Shown in pieces: positions 27,144 to 36,078 of a stretch of 64,000 nt of DNA (within the stretch, counting starts at the first letter, position 1; each line of letters starts with the position of its first letter). The DNA is from an uncultured bacterium (lineage in GTDB: Bacteria > Eisenbacteria > RBG-16-71-46 > CAIMUX01 > WJJG01). The stretch is from assembly GCA_964482205.1 (NCBI GenBank), contig CAYZWI010000003.1, positions 8,969-72,968 on the forward strand, written 5' to 3'. A program made the translations under genes and the position numbers. The notes below the pieces were generated by a model, which was given only the letters and a program-made list of their open reading frames with translations, was not told the DNA's origin and made no database searches.

Positions 27144-28661
27144 ATGGCAAACGCTCATTTCCTGCGCTTGACGCACACCCAGGTGCGAGACGGCTCCTGG
27201 CTCGAGATCGCCCGTTCCGCCTGGCTGCGCGGAGAGATCGGCCTCGTGCTCGTCGAACCCGAGCCGAGCGCGGACGCGGAATTGCGCGCGGCCGTGGCGA
27301 CGATGCTCGCCAGCAACGGCTCGTACGAAGCGGGCGACCGGGCCGTGATCCACGCGCGTCCCGCCGCGCTCGACATGGGATGCGAGACGGCCACGCAATT
27401 GATCGCGAGAGGTGTGGAGACGACGGTCGTCTTCGGGATGGCTTCTCTCGGCCATGAAGTGGGCCGCTTGATCCAGGCCGCGCAAGCGGCGGCGCGCAGG
27501 GCGGGCAAAGGCCCCGGCGCGCAAGCGGCCGGGGCAGGCGACGAAGCGTCAGCGGCAGCGAGCCATGAAGCGAAGGCCGGCGGGAGCGATGAGGCGAAGG
27601 CTTCGGCCAGCCTCGATCTCTCCCACGCCGATCCCGCCATCATCGAAGGCGTGGCCGATGGCTACCGCCAACTTCTCGCGCCCTTCGAAGCGAACGGCCG
27701 CGGACACTGGATCGTTCCCATCGGCACGGCTCCCGATCCCGATCCCGCGCACGTGCCCGCGATCGACTTTTTCATGAAGGTGGCGGGCCGCGGGCTCGCC
27801 GGCATCGGCCCGATGCGCAACGACGGGCGCATCCGTTCGCACGACATCTGGCTCGCTCCCAGCATGCTCGATGTCGATCGCCTGAACGAAGGGCTGCCCG
27901 CGGAGAAGCGCTGGACGCTCGAGGAATGGCGCTCGCTCATCTTTCGTTCGATGGCCGTTTCGGCCGACGAACTGCGCCGCCTCGCGCTCGCCATCGAAGG
28001 CGTCGAGCTGACCATCCACGCCTCGCGCAAAGGCGGCACGCTGCATTACCAGCGCGAGGACGGGACCGACTTCCGCTACAAGGTGAAGGACCGCCCCGTG
28101 ATCCTCGATTGCGGCGCGGTGGGCGTGAATTCGCTCGGCGGCACGACCGCCTATCGTTCCGCGATCACGAACCAGCCGACCACGGAAGTCTTCGTCGCTC
28201 CGCTGGAGGATTCGCTGCAGGGGGTGATCGTCTACACGCAGCCGCAACGCTCGGCCCACGGCGTGATCCGCGCTCCCTACCGCATCGAAGTGCGCGCGGG
28301 GCGCGTGATCGGCGTGGAAGCGCCCGACGAGGAGAGCGTGCGCATTCTTCGCAACTACACCGGGCTCGAACCCTACGACCGCAAGCCGCTCGCGGGAGAC
28401 GAAGCGGAGGCGTTTCGCTTGCGGGGCGTGATCGCGGAGATGGCGATCGCGGGATTCAATCCCGCGATGATGCCCGAAGTGCGCAGCGGCCGCTTGCGTC
28501 CCGTGACGGGGCTCGTCCTGACCGACGAGAAGGTCGGCGACCACCAGGCGTTCGGTTCCAACGACCAGTTCATGGGCGCCACGCCCTCGGCCTACGGCGG
28601 CGAGCATGTCGAGCACACGGACTTCGTGGGAAGCATCGAGCGAATGATGAAGCTGGAATAG
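27144..28661 (+). CDS. M29 family (AmpT/PepS-like) metallo-aminopeptidase
   Basis: PTTEVFVAP, IAEMAIAGFN, DEKVGDHQAFG, HTDFV match the Glu/Glu/Glu/His/His/Asp ligand pattern of M29; SD GAGGAGG. Confidence 0.75.
   Translation: MANAHFLRLTHTQVRDGSWLEIARSAWLRGEIGLVLVEPEPSADAELRAAVATMLASNGSYEAGDRAVIHARPAALDMGCETATQLIARGVETTVVFGMASLGHEVGRLIQAAQAAARRAGKGPGAQAAGAGDEASAAASHEAKAGGSDEAKASASLDLSHADPAIIEGVADGYRQLLAPFEANGRGHWIVPIGTAPDPDPAHVPAIDFFMKVAGRGLAGIGPMRNDGRIRSHDIWLAPSMLDVDRLNEGLPAEKRWTLEEWRSLIFRSMAVSADELRRLALAIEGVELTIHASRKGGTLHYQREDGTDFRYKVKDRPVILDCGAVGVNSLGGTTAYRSAITNQPTTEVFVAPLEDSLQGVIVYTQPQRSAHGVIRAPYRIEVRAGRVIGVEAPDEESVRILRNYTGLEPYDRKPLAGDEAEAFRLRGVIAEMAIAGFNPAMMPEVRSGRLRPVTGLVLTDEKVGDHQAFGSNDQFMGATPSAYGGEHVEHTDFVGSIERMMKLE
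27540..27611 (+). repeat. In-frame degenerate 24-bp tandem repeat x3 in the M29 gene
   Basis: Encodes DEASAAAS / HEAKAGGS / DEAKASAS. Confidence 0.7.
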
Positions 28662-28782
28662 GGCAGCCGGCTCCGCGTCCGCGGAGCCCGGCGGCGCGCA
28701 TACCGTGCGCCGTCGGGCCTCGCGTGGCGCAATGCATGCCTGTGCCGCCGCCTGCGCGCCACGCCCACGCCTGCGCCGCGCC

Positions 28783-29622
28783 TCAGCGCGATTCGTCGCC
28801 CGCGTCGCCCTCCTCGGGTGCGCGTTCTTCCTGCTTTTCCGCAACGAACCGGTCGAACGCCTCGCGCTCGATCTCGTAGGCGCGGCCGCAACGCGGGCAG
28901 AAAATCTCCGCCCAGCCGTCTTCTCCGAAGAGCTCCTCGGGCCGGCGGCTGAAGATGGAGACGGCCAGCTCCATCAGACGCGACTCGTCGCACGCGCAGG
29001 AGAAGATCACCGCCCGGCGCTCGATGAACGCGGTGCCGGGATCATGGAAGAGATCGCGGGCGCGATCGAGATCGAGGGCGCGCAGCCAGGCCTCGTCGAT
29101 TCCTGGAAGCGCCATCACCATGAAGAAGACATCCCGCTCCCCATTCTCCGCGCGCTCGTCCTCGAAGAAGCGCGCCGAGCTCTGCTCCGATTGGGCGTAA
29201 TAGCTCTCGAGCATGTCGAGCACATCGAATCCGCGGACTTCGATCACGCTTTCGTACGGCGCATCTGCGCCGCGCACCCGCTGGACGAACAGGCGGCTGT
29301 TCGCTTCCGAGCGCACATGGCGATCGTAGAAGCGCCCGACCACGCGGCCGCGCGAAGCGTCGGCCACGAAGAAGAGATTGAGCGGCGGCTCGGGGAGATT
29401 GATCGTCCAAGCGGTCTCTTCGCCGGGCGGACGCGTGGTCAGATAGAGCGCGGCGGCCGCGAGTCCCTGGCGCATCATCACGCTCACGAGCCCGTCGGGC
29501 TCTCCCACCCAGCGGCGGGAATGCTCCCAGTAGTCGGCGAACAGATCGGTGAACCGGCCGCGGGCGAGCAGGATGTTGCGGCCGCGGTGGAGGAAGCGGT
29601 CGATCAGCGCGTCGTGAGGCAC
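28783..29622 (-). CDS. hslO: Hsp33 family redox-regulated chaperone
   Basis: C-terminal CAC...CPRC Zn switch (FSCAC, EIFCPRCGRAY); 279 aa; GTG start with SD GGAGG. Confidence 0.82.
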   Translation of the reverse strand: MPHDALIDRFLHRGRNILLARGRFTDLFADYWEHSRRWVGEPDGLVSVMMRQGLAAAALYLTTRPPGEETAWTINLPEPPLNLFFVADASRGRVVGRFYDRHVRSEANSRLFVQRVRGADAPYESVIEVRGFDVLDMLESYYAQSEQSSARFFEDERAENGERDVFFMVMALPGIDEAWLRALDLDRARDLFHDPGTAFIERRAVIFSCACDESRLMELAVSIFSRRPEELFGEDGWAEIFCPRCGRAYEIEREAFDRFVAEKQEERAPEEGDAGDESR

Positions 29623-30060
29623 GGTTCCTCCCGCCGAGTGAACGGCATGCAGGCGCCGGCTGCGTTGGCGCCCGCTTGGCGCGCAAGCGCCGCTTCGCCA
29701 CCGGCGGCGAGGTAGCCTGCCACGGCTGCCTCGCGCGGGTCAACCGCGGCCCTTCCATCAGGAATTCGTCTCAGCGCCCGGATCCGAGCGCTTCCTGGAT
29801 CGCCGCCTGCGCGCCTCCTGCTCGAACGCCGCAATCCGCCCTTGCGCCGAGTGCCCACAAAGGTAACGATTTCCGGTTCGCCGTATCGTGGAGAGGGACG
29901 GCCATCCGAGGGTATTTCCATTCCGGATTTCCGAACGCGGGCCGGGAAGCGCTTTCGCCGCCTGCCGGGGCTTCCGCTCGATCCACGATGGCCTCGCGTT
30001 CGGCTTGGCGGTTCCTGGAGTTCGGCGCGCGATCCGCCGAACAGATGTCCGGAAGGCAGC

Positions 30061-31857
30061 GTGGAATCTTCGACTCCCACACAGCAAGGGCAGCCGCGAT
30101 CCCCGTCGGCATCCGCGCCGGCCGTCGTCGCCCCGGCGGTCGCCGCGCCCGCCGGGCGGGCGCATTACGCCTGGTTCGCGCTTCTGCTCGTGGCTGCGCT
30201 CGCGCTGCGCCTGATCGGTCTCGGCAGCCAGTCGCTGTGGGTCGATGAGGCCTTCAGCGTCAACTACGCGAAGCCTTACGCGCCGCTCACCTTCTCCGAT
30301 CTCCTCGACAACATGCACGGCCCTCTGCACGCGCTCGTCCTGCATGCCTGGATCCGCGTCGCCGGGACGTCGGAAGCGATGCTCCGGCTGCCTTCGGTGG
30401 CCGCTTCGTTGCTCGCGATTCTTGCCTTCTGGCTCTTCGCCCGCCGGAGGTGGGGCGCGCGGGTCGCTTGGCTCGGCTCCGCGCTGCTCGCCGTTTCGCC
30501 GTTTCACATCTGGTACGCGCAGGAGGTGCGCAATTATTCGTTCCTGATCCTCTTCGCGATCCTGGCCGAATGGGCCTTCGACAACCTGCTTCGCGACGGC
30601 CCCTCGCTCCAGCGCCTCGCGGTCTACGGGTTCGCGCTGCTCGGAGGCTTCTGGTCCAATTTCAGCATGGCCTTCCTCGTCGCGCAGCAGGCGGTGCGCC
30701 TGCTCGCACTATCGCCCGGCCGTTCGCGCGCGCTCGTCGCCCGCGTGGCGTTGGTCTGGCTGATCGTGATCGTATGCCTGAGCCCCTGGGCGGCGCGCTT
30801 CTACCGATATCAAGTGAAACCTTCGGCTTTGCTCACCACATCGGCGGTCGAGACGGAAGAAAAACTGCGCACGGAAACGACCGACACTCCGCTCGGCCTT
30901 CCGTACACGCTCTTCACCTTCGCCGCCGGCCACTCGCTCGGCCCTTCGCGACGCGAACTGTGGACCCTCGGCCCGTGGAATGCGGTGAAGACGCATTGGC
31001 CCGCGATCGCGGCGGCGGCCGCGCTCTTCGGGGCCCTCTGGATGGCGGGCATCGCGCGCGCCTGGCGCGCCGATCGGCGCGGCGCGCTCGCGCTGCTCTT
31101 GTGGCAGGCGCTGCCCTTGCTCCTGCTGCTCTTCATCGCCTCGCGCAATGTGAAGGTCATCAATCCGCGCTACGCGGCGGTCGCCTTCCCCGCGTTCGTG
31201 GCGACGATCGCCTTCGGGATCCCGCGTGGAAAGCGGGGGCTCATCGCGGCCACGCTCGTGCTCGCGCTTTCGCTCTTGTCGGTGATGCGCGGACTGTTCA
31301 TCGAGAGCTATCACAAGGAGGACTATCGCGGGGCGGCCGCCTGGCTGCGTTCCGAGCTGCGCACCGGCGACGCCTTCTTGAGTATCGCCATCGATCAGCC
31401 GATCAGGATCGTGTACATGCGCGAGGAATTGGAGGGATCGTCTCCCAAGGGCTGGGTGGATTTCGGACGCGTGGTGATGCGCCAGGGCGCGGCCGCGTTG
31501 CGAGGCCACGGGCCGGACAGCTACGCGAACATGCTCGACTCCTGGGAGCCGGGGCAGCGGCTCTTCGTGCTCTTCGCCCGCGAGTGGATCCCCGATCCCC
31601 AGGGAGCGTTGGAGGCGGATTTGCGCAATCGCGCCCGGGTGATCGAGGAGCGCCGCTGGGCGGGCGTGCGCGTGCTCGTCTTGGAGAAGAGCGTGGACGC
31701 CGTCGGCCAGCCGCTCGGTGACTTCTTCGCCGGTCGAATGCAGGAAGGCCGCATCGCGTGCGCAGCGCAGGAAGGCCGCATCGCGGGCGCGGCGCCGGGA
31801 GGCGGGATCGCCTGCGCGGCGCAGGTCTCGCCTTTGCGCGCAGGGATCGTGCCGTGA
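30061..31857 (+). CDS. GT-C fold membrane glycosyltransferase (GT39/ArnT/PMT-like); start uncertain
   Basis: SLWVDEA, HGPL, LRLPS, SPFHIWYAQEVRNY motifs and many TM helices; GTG 30061 chosen from SD. Confidence 0.85.
   Translation: MESSTPTQQGQPRSPSASAPAVVAPAVAAPAGRAHYAWFALLLVAALALRLIGLGSQSLWVDEAFSVNYAKPYAPLTFSDLLDNMHGPLHALVLHAWIRVAGTSEAMLRLPSVAASLLAILAFWLFARRRWGARVAWLGSALLAVSPFHIWYAQEVRNYSFLILFAILAEWAFDNLLRDGPSLQRLAVYGFALLGGFWSNFSMAFLVAQQAVRLLALSPGRSRALVARVALVWLIVIVCLSPWAARFYRYQVKPSALLTTSAVETEEKLRTETTDTPLGLPYTLFTFAAGHSLGPSRRELWTLGPWNAVKTHWPAIAAAAALFGALWMAGIARAWRADRRGALALLLWQALPLLLLLFIASRNVKVINPRYAAVAFPAFVATIAFGIPRGKRGLIAATLVLALSLLSVMRGLFIESYHKEDYRGAAAWLRSELRTGDAFLSIAIDQPIRIVYMREELEGSSPKGWVDFGRVVMRQGAAALRGHGPDSYANMLDSWEPGQRLFVLFAREWIPDPQGALEADLRNRARVIEERRWAGVRVLVLEKSVDAVGQPLGDFFAGRMQEGRIACAAQEGRIAGAAPGGGIACAAQVSPLRAGIVP
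31741..31821 (+). repeat. In-frame degenerate 27-bp tandem repeat x3 at the 3' end of the GT-C gene
   Basis: caggaaggccgcatcgcgtgcgcagcg / caggaaggccgcatcgcgggcgcggcg / ccgggaggcgggatcgcctgcgcggcg. Confidence 0.85.
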
Positions 31858-33101
31858 AGATCGTCCAAGCGAACAAGTTCCACTTCGTGAAAGGCGGGGC
31901 CGAGCGCTACTACCTCGATCTGAGCCGCCGTCTCGAACAGCGCGGCCACGAGGTCATTCCCTTCGCGATGGCCGACCCCCGCAACGAGCCCTCTTCCCAT
32001 GCGGAATACTTCGTCAGCGCCGTCGACTATCGCACGCGCATGGGCGCGGCGCGCAAGGTGCGCCAGGCGGCCCGCGCGATCTACAGCCGCGAGACGGTCC
32101 ACAAAGCCTCGCTGCTCGCGCGCAGGGAACGGCCCGCGATCGCCCACCTGCACAACATCTATCATCAGATCTCGCCCTCGCTGATTCTTGCCTTCCACCG
32201 GTGCGGTGTGCCGATGGTGCAGACCCTGCACGATTACAAAGTGGTCTGCCCCGGGTATCTGTTCATGTCTCGAGGACAAATCTGCGAGGCCTGCTCTCAG
32301 CGCAACCATGGACAGATGATCGCCCGCCGCTGCCTGCTCGATTCCTATCCGGCCTCCGTTGCGGGATGGATGGAGTGGCGGCTGCATTCCTGGCTGCAGA
32401 CCTACGCGCGCATCGCGCGCTTTCTCGCGCCCAGCCGTTTTCTGCTCGAGAAAGTGGCCGAGCACGGCATTCCGCGCGAAAAGCTGGTGCACTTCCCCTA
32501 CTTCCTGCCGCTCGAGGACTATCGCCCGGCCTACGCACGCTCGTCGTACTTCGTCTATCTCGGCCGGCTCTCGCGCGAGAAGGGCATCGCGACGTTGCTC
32601 GCGGCTCTCGGCATGCGGCAAGGCTCGCTCGTCTGCCGCATCCTCGGCGAAGGCCCGCTCGAGCCCGCCCTGCGCCGCCAGGCGGAGGAAGCGGGCCTGC
32701 GGCAGGTGGAGTTTCGCGGCTATCTGCAAGGCGAAAAGTTGCAGACGGCCATTCGGGACGCGGCCTTTACGGTCGTGCCCTCGGAGTGGTATGAGAACCT
32801 TCCCTTCTCGGTGATCGAGAGCTTCGCACTCGGCACGCCGGTGGTCGGCGCCCGCATCGGCGGGATTCCCGAGATGGTGATCGAAGGAGAAACGGGGCGC
32901 ACCTTCGCGCCGGGAGACGCGGCCGCCCTCGCCGCCGCGCTCGACTGGATGGAGACCCATCCGGAAGAGATGCTGGCCATGGGAAGCAAGGCGCGGCAAT
33001 TCGCGGAACGCGAGTACTCGCCCGGCCCGCACCTCGACCGGCTGGAGAAGTTGTACGCGGAAGTCGCACGCGAAGCGCGCGACGCAAAGGAGAAGAGATG
33101 A
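31854..33101 (+). CDS. GT4 family glycosyltransferase
   Basis: KGGAERY, AHLHN, TLHDY, GRLSREKG, SEWYENLPFSVIES motifs; GTGA overlap with the upstream gene. Confidence 0.93.
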   Translation: MKIVQANKFHFVKGGAERYYLDLSRRLEQRGHEVIPFAMADPRNEPSSHAEYFVSAVDYRTRMGAARKVRQAARAIYSRETVHKASLLARRERPAIAHLHNIYHQISPSLILAFHRCGVPMVQTLHDYKVVCPGYLFMSRGQICEACSQRNHGQMIARRCLLDSYPASVAGWMEWRLHSWLQTYARIARFLAPSRFLLEKVAEHGIPREKLVHFPYFLPLEDYRPAYARSSYFVYLGRLSREKGIATLLAALGMRQGSLVCRILGEGPLEPALRRQAEEAGLRQVEFRGYLQGEKLQTAIRDAAFTVVPSEWYENLPFSVIESFALGTPVVGARIGGIPEMVIEGETGRTFAPGDAAALAAALDWMETHPEEMLAMGSKARQFAEREYSPGPHLDRLEKLYAEVAREARDAKEKR

Positions 33102-33796
33102 TCCGGTTTCTGCTCGCGATAGCGGTCGCCTGCGCCACGGTCCTTCCCACCCAGGGCGCGGCCGGCGATGACCAGGCCTCTTCCAGCGAGGCCCCGAAGC
33201 TGGCCGGCGGTAATACCCAGAACCTCGCGGGCGGCGTGATGATCGTGCACACCGTGCCCGAACTGAGCTACACCAACCCTCAACCGAAAGGGGGGTACTG
33301 CAACTTCTGCGATCTCACTTCGTGCGACGGGATCAAGACCCAGGTGGGCAAGGAGCCCTCCGTCTGGTTCGTGATCAGCGCGTGGACGGAGCCGAAGATC
33401 ATCCGTGCAGCGGAATTCGGTCTCGGCGACTTCGATCCCAATCTGTATGTCTTCCTCGAACACGGCCCCTGCTGGCAGCAAGGCATGGCGATCTACCACA
33501 ATGAAGAGCGCCAGTGGCCCGCGCCGAACACGGGCATCGCGCTCGCGACGATCGGCGACATGTACTGGCGCGGGCAATTCGTCCCGATGTACTGGTTCGC
33601 CGGCTATCAGTACGAGGGCACGGGCACGATTCCGCTGACCAAGTTCCAGGGCACCGATCACGCCGGATGGACGAACCCCGGCAAACTCGTCACGCAATTC
33701 GATGCCGCCTGCCTGGGCGCATTGGGAGTCGGCGTTCCCGGAGTCGCCTGCTGTCCGCAAGCGCCCGATACGACGAAGGCTCAACCATCCGAGTAG
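33098..33796 (+). CDS. Secreted Cys-containing hypothetical protein
   Basis: Signal peptide MIRFLLAIAVACATVLPTQG; ATGA overlap with the GT4 gene; no recognised catalytic motif. Confidence 0.8.
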   Translation: MIRFLLAIAVACATVLPTQGAAGDDQASSSEAPKLAGGNTQNLAGGVMIVHTVPELSYTNPQPKGGYCNFCDLTSCDGIKTQVGKEPSVWFVISAWTEPKIIRAAEFGLGDFDPNLYVFLEHGPCWQQGMAIYHNEERQWPAPNTGIALATIGDMYWRGQFVPMYWFAGYQYEGTGTIPLTKFQGTDHAGWTNPGKLVTQFDAACLGALGVGVPGVACCPQAPDTTKAQPSE

Positions 33797-33827
33797 GAAG
33801 CGAAGCCCACACACCTGCGCCGCGACT

Positions 33828-34571
33828 TCATCGCCCGGCGTGCAGCCGAATCGCAAATTGATCCGCCCACTTCCGTCGGACTCCCGCGACGCGTTCCTCC
33901 AACGCTTGCATCACGACCGGCAGCGCGACCAGAAGAAAGGCCACATGCGAAGTGGCGAAGCTGGCCACGCTGCTGCCCGGGCACCATTCCATCAACCGGC
34001 TCGCCCTTCCTGCGAGATAGCGTTCGCGATCCACGCGTGGAAAGTGTTGATAGATGAGCAAGAAGAAGCCGCGCGTCCAGGCTTCCTCCACTTCCGGCGC
34101 ATACAAGAAGCGTGACGATCCGCGCGTTCCTCGCCGGCAGGAATCGATTTCGAGTCCATTGTCGGGATCGAAGAAGAGCAGATCGGTGCCGCGCGCGATC
34201 TTCCAGAGCGCGCGGAAGTAGCGGTCGCGCTCGGCGCCATCATCGGCGAGCGGAACGGAATGAAAGCGCAGCCGGCGCGCGCCCAGCAAATCAGCCTGCC
34301 GGCCGCGAGCTTCGAGGATCCTCGTCCGCTCGATGGAGCCCACGCTGCGGTGGCCGCGTCCTCTCACCAAGTCATCGAGCGCATCGAAGAGCTCTGGGTC
34401 GTAGCGTCGCCACAGGTTGGGATTCGCGAGGTACTCGATTCGGCATCCGTCGTTGCGCGCGTCGTCGGGCGTCCGCATCCAGCAAACGGTGAGCTGCAAG
34501 CCCGAGGCGAGCCGGCGGAGGAGTCCGTACTTGCGATAGTCGTTGATGTCCCCGGCGTACTGGTCCTTCAT
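33828..34571 (-). CDS. Conserved hypothetical protein (MKxQYxGDINDY...FFDPDNG type), possible methyltransferase-like fold
   Basis: Clean 247 aa ORF starting 18 bp after ispF; LLFFDPDNG resembles a strand-DP motif. Confidence 0.75.
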   Translation of the reverse strand: MKDQYAGDINDYRKYGLLRRLASGLQLTVCWMRTPDDARNDGCRIEYLANPNLWRRYDPELFDALDDLVRGRGHRSVGSIERTRILEARGRQADLLGARRLRFHSVPLADDGAERDRYFRALWKIARGTDLLFFDPDNGLEIDSCRRGTRGSSRFLYAPEVEEAWTRGFFLLIYQHFPRVDRERYLAGRASRLMEWCPGSSVASFATSHVAFLLVALPVVMQALEERVAGVRRKWADQFAIRLHAGR

Positions 34572-34589
34572 GCGCGCGTCCGCTGGCGA

Positions 34590-35084
34590 TCAGGATGTCG
34601 ATGCGCGTCGCAAGAGCACGACGGCTTGCGCGGAGATGGCCTCACCGGCGCCTTCCGTGCCGAGCCCCTCAGCGGTCTTCGCCTTCACCGACACGCATTC
34701 GACCTCGATTTCGAGCATCGCGGCAATGGCGGCTCGCATGGCCTGGCGGAAGGGAGCGAGGCGCGGTTCCTGCGCGACGACGGTCGCGTCGACATTCCCG
34801 ATCCGCCATCCCCCGTGTGCGACGCGTTCCTTCACGGCGGACAGGAGCACGAGGCTGTGAGCGTTCTTCCACGCGGGGTCGTCGTCGGGGAAGTGGGCGC
34901 CGATGTCGCCGTCCGCCGCGGCGCCCAGGAGCGCATCGATGATCGCGTGCACGAGCACATCCGCATCCGAATGCCCCGCGAGCCCGCGCGCGTGCGGGAT
35001 CTCCACTCCGCCCAGAAACAGCGGGCGGTTCCCGACCAAGCGGTGGATGTCCCACCCTTGCCCGATGCGAAAAGTCTCGCTCAT
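34590..35084 (-). CDS. ispF: 2-C-methyl-D-erythritol 2,4-cyclodiphosphate synthase
   Basis: [31 protein letters not shown]; ATGA overlap with ispD. Confidence 0.97.
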   Translation of the reverse strand: MSETFRIGQGWDIHRLVGNRPLFLGGVEIPHARGLAGHSDADVLVHAIIDALLGAAADGDIGAHFPDDDPAWKNAHSLVLLSAVKERVAHGGWRIGNVDATVVAQEPRLAPFRQAMRAAIAAMLEIEVECVSVKAKTAEGLGTEGAGEAISAQAVVLLRRASTS

Positions 35085-36037
35085 GCGCGCAGCTTCAGCC
35101 ATCCTTCGACCAGCGAGAGCTCCTGGGTGAAGGTGATCTTGATGTTGAGCGGCGATCCGAAGGTGGTCTTCACCGGATATCCGTGCCATTCGTACAGCAT
35201 CGCATCGTCGGTGACCGCGTGGCTCACCTCCTGCGCCTGCTCGTGCAGCTGGCGGATGGTGGCGAGATCGAACACTTGCGGAGTCTGCGCGAGCCAGAGC
35301 GAGTCGCGCCGAACCGTCTCGCCCACGCGAGCGATTCGATCGACCATCTTCAAGGTGTCTCCCAAGGGCACGATCGGGATCGCGCCGACCGGCTTGGGCG
35401 CGCCCGCGGGCTTGCGGCGCGACACGCGCGCCGGTGGAGCATCGGGCGGCCCCTCGGCGATGCCCTCGCCCTCGGGAACTTCGCCCCGCCACACGGCGAG
35501 CAGGCGGGTGATCAATTCCGGGGGCACGAGCGGGCGGGCCGCGTCGTGGATCAGCGCCACGGGCGGCGGGGGCGCGGGCTTTTCCGCGAGCGCCTGCGCT
35601 TCGATCGCGCTCGCGTCGGCGAAGGGCTGGGGCACGGCGCGCAACCGTTCGCGTCGCGCCGATTCGCGCTCCTCTTCGATGTCGGCCGCGGCCTTGAGCG
35701 CGAGGCGGGCGGAATCCTGGCGGCGCTCTCCGCCCGGAATCACGCCGCGAATCTTCATCGCCGCTTCCGGGAATTCCGACGACAAAGGCCCGAGCACTTC
35801 CTCGCGCACATTGCGTTCCCAGCCGCGCGGCACGACGACGAGCAGGTCGGTGATCTCAGGATGGCGCGCGAAGGTCGCGATACTCCAATGAAGCAGCGGT
35901 CTTCCGGCGACCGGGACGAAGGCTTTCGGCTGCTCCGCTCCCAGACGCGCGCCCGATCCTCCTCCAAGCACGATGCCCCAGTATCTTTGCCCGGGGGGGT
36001 GCAAGACCGCCGATCCACTCTCGCTCGATTCGAACAT
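35081..36037 (-). CDS. ispD: 2-C-methyl-D-erythritol 4-phosphate cytidylyltransferase with low-complexity inserts
   Basis: [39 protein letters not shown]. Confidence 0.95.
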   Translation of the reverse strand: MFESSESGSAVLHPPGQRYWGIVLGGGSGARLGAEQPKAFVPVAGRPLLHWSIATFARHPEITDLLVVVPRGWERNVREEVLGPLSSEFPEAAMKIRGVIPGGERRQDSARLALKAAADIEEERESARRERLRAVPQPFADASAIEAQALAEKPAPPPPVALIHDAARPLVPPELITRLLAVWRGEVPEGEGIAEGPPDAPPARVSRRKPAGAPKPVGAIPIVPLGDTLKMVDRIARVGETVRRDSLWLAQTPQVFDLATIRQLHEQAQEVSHAVTDDAMLYEWHGYPVKTTFGSPLNIKITFTQELSLVEGWLKLRA

Positions 36038-36078
36038 GAGGTCCTCCTGATCTGCGCGTTACGAAGTTCGCCGCGCGC

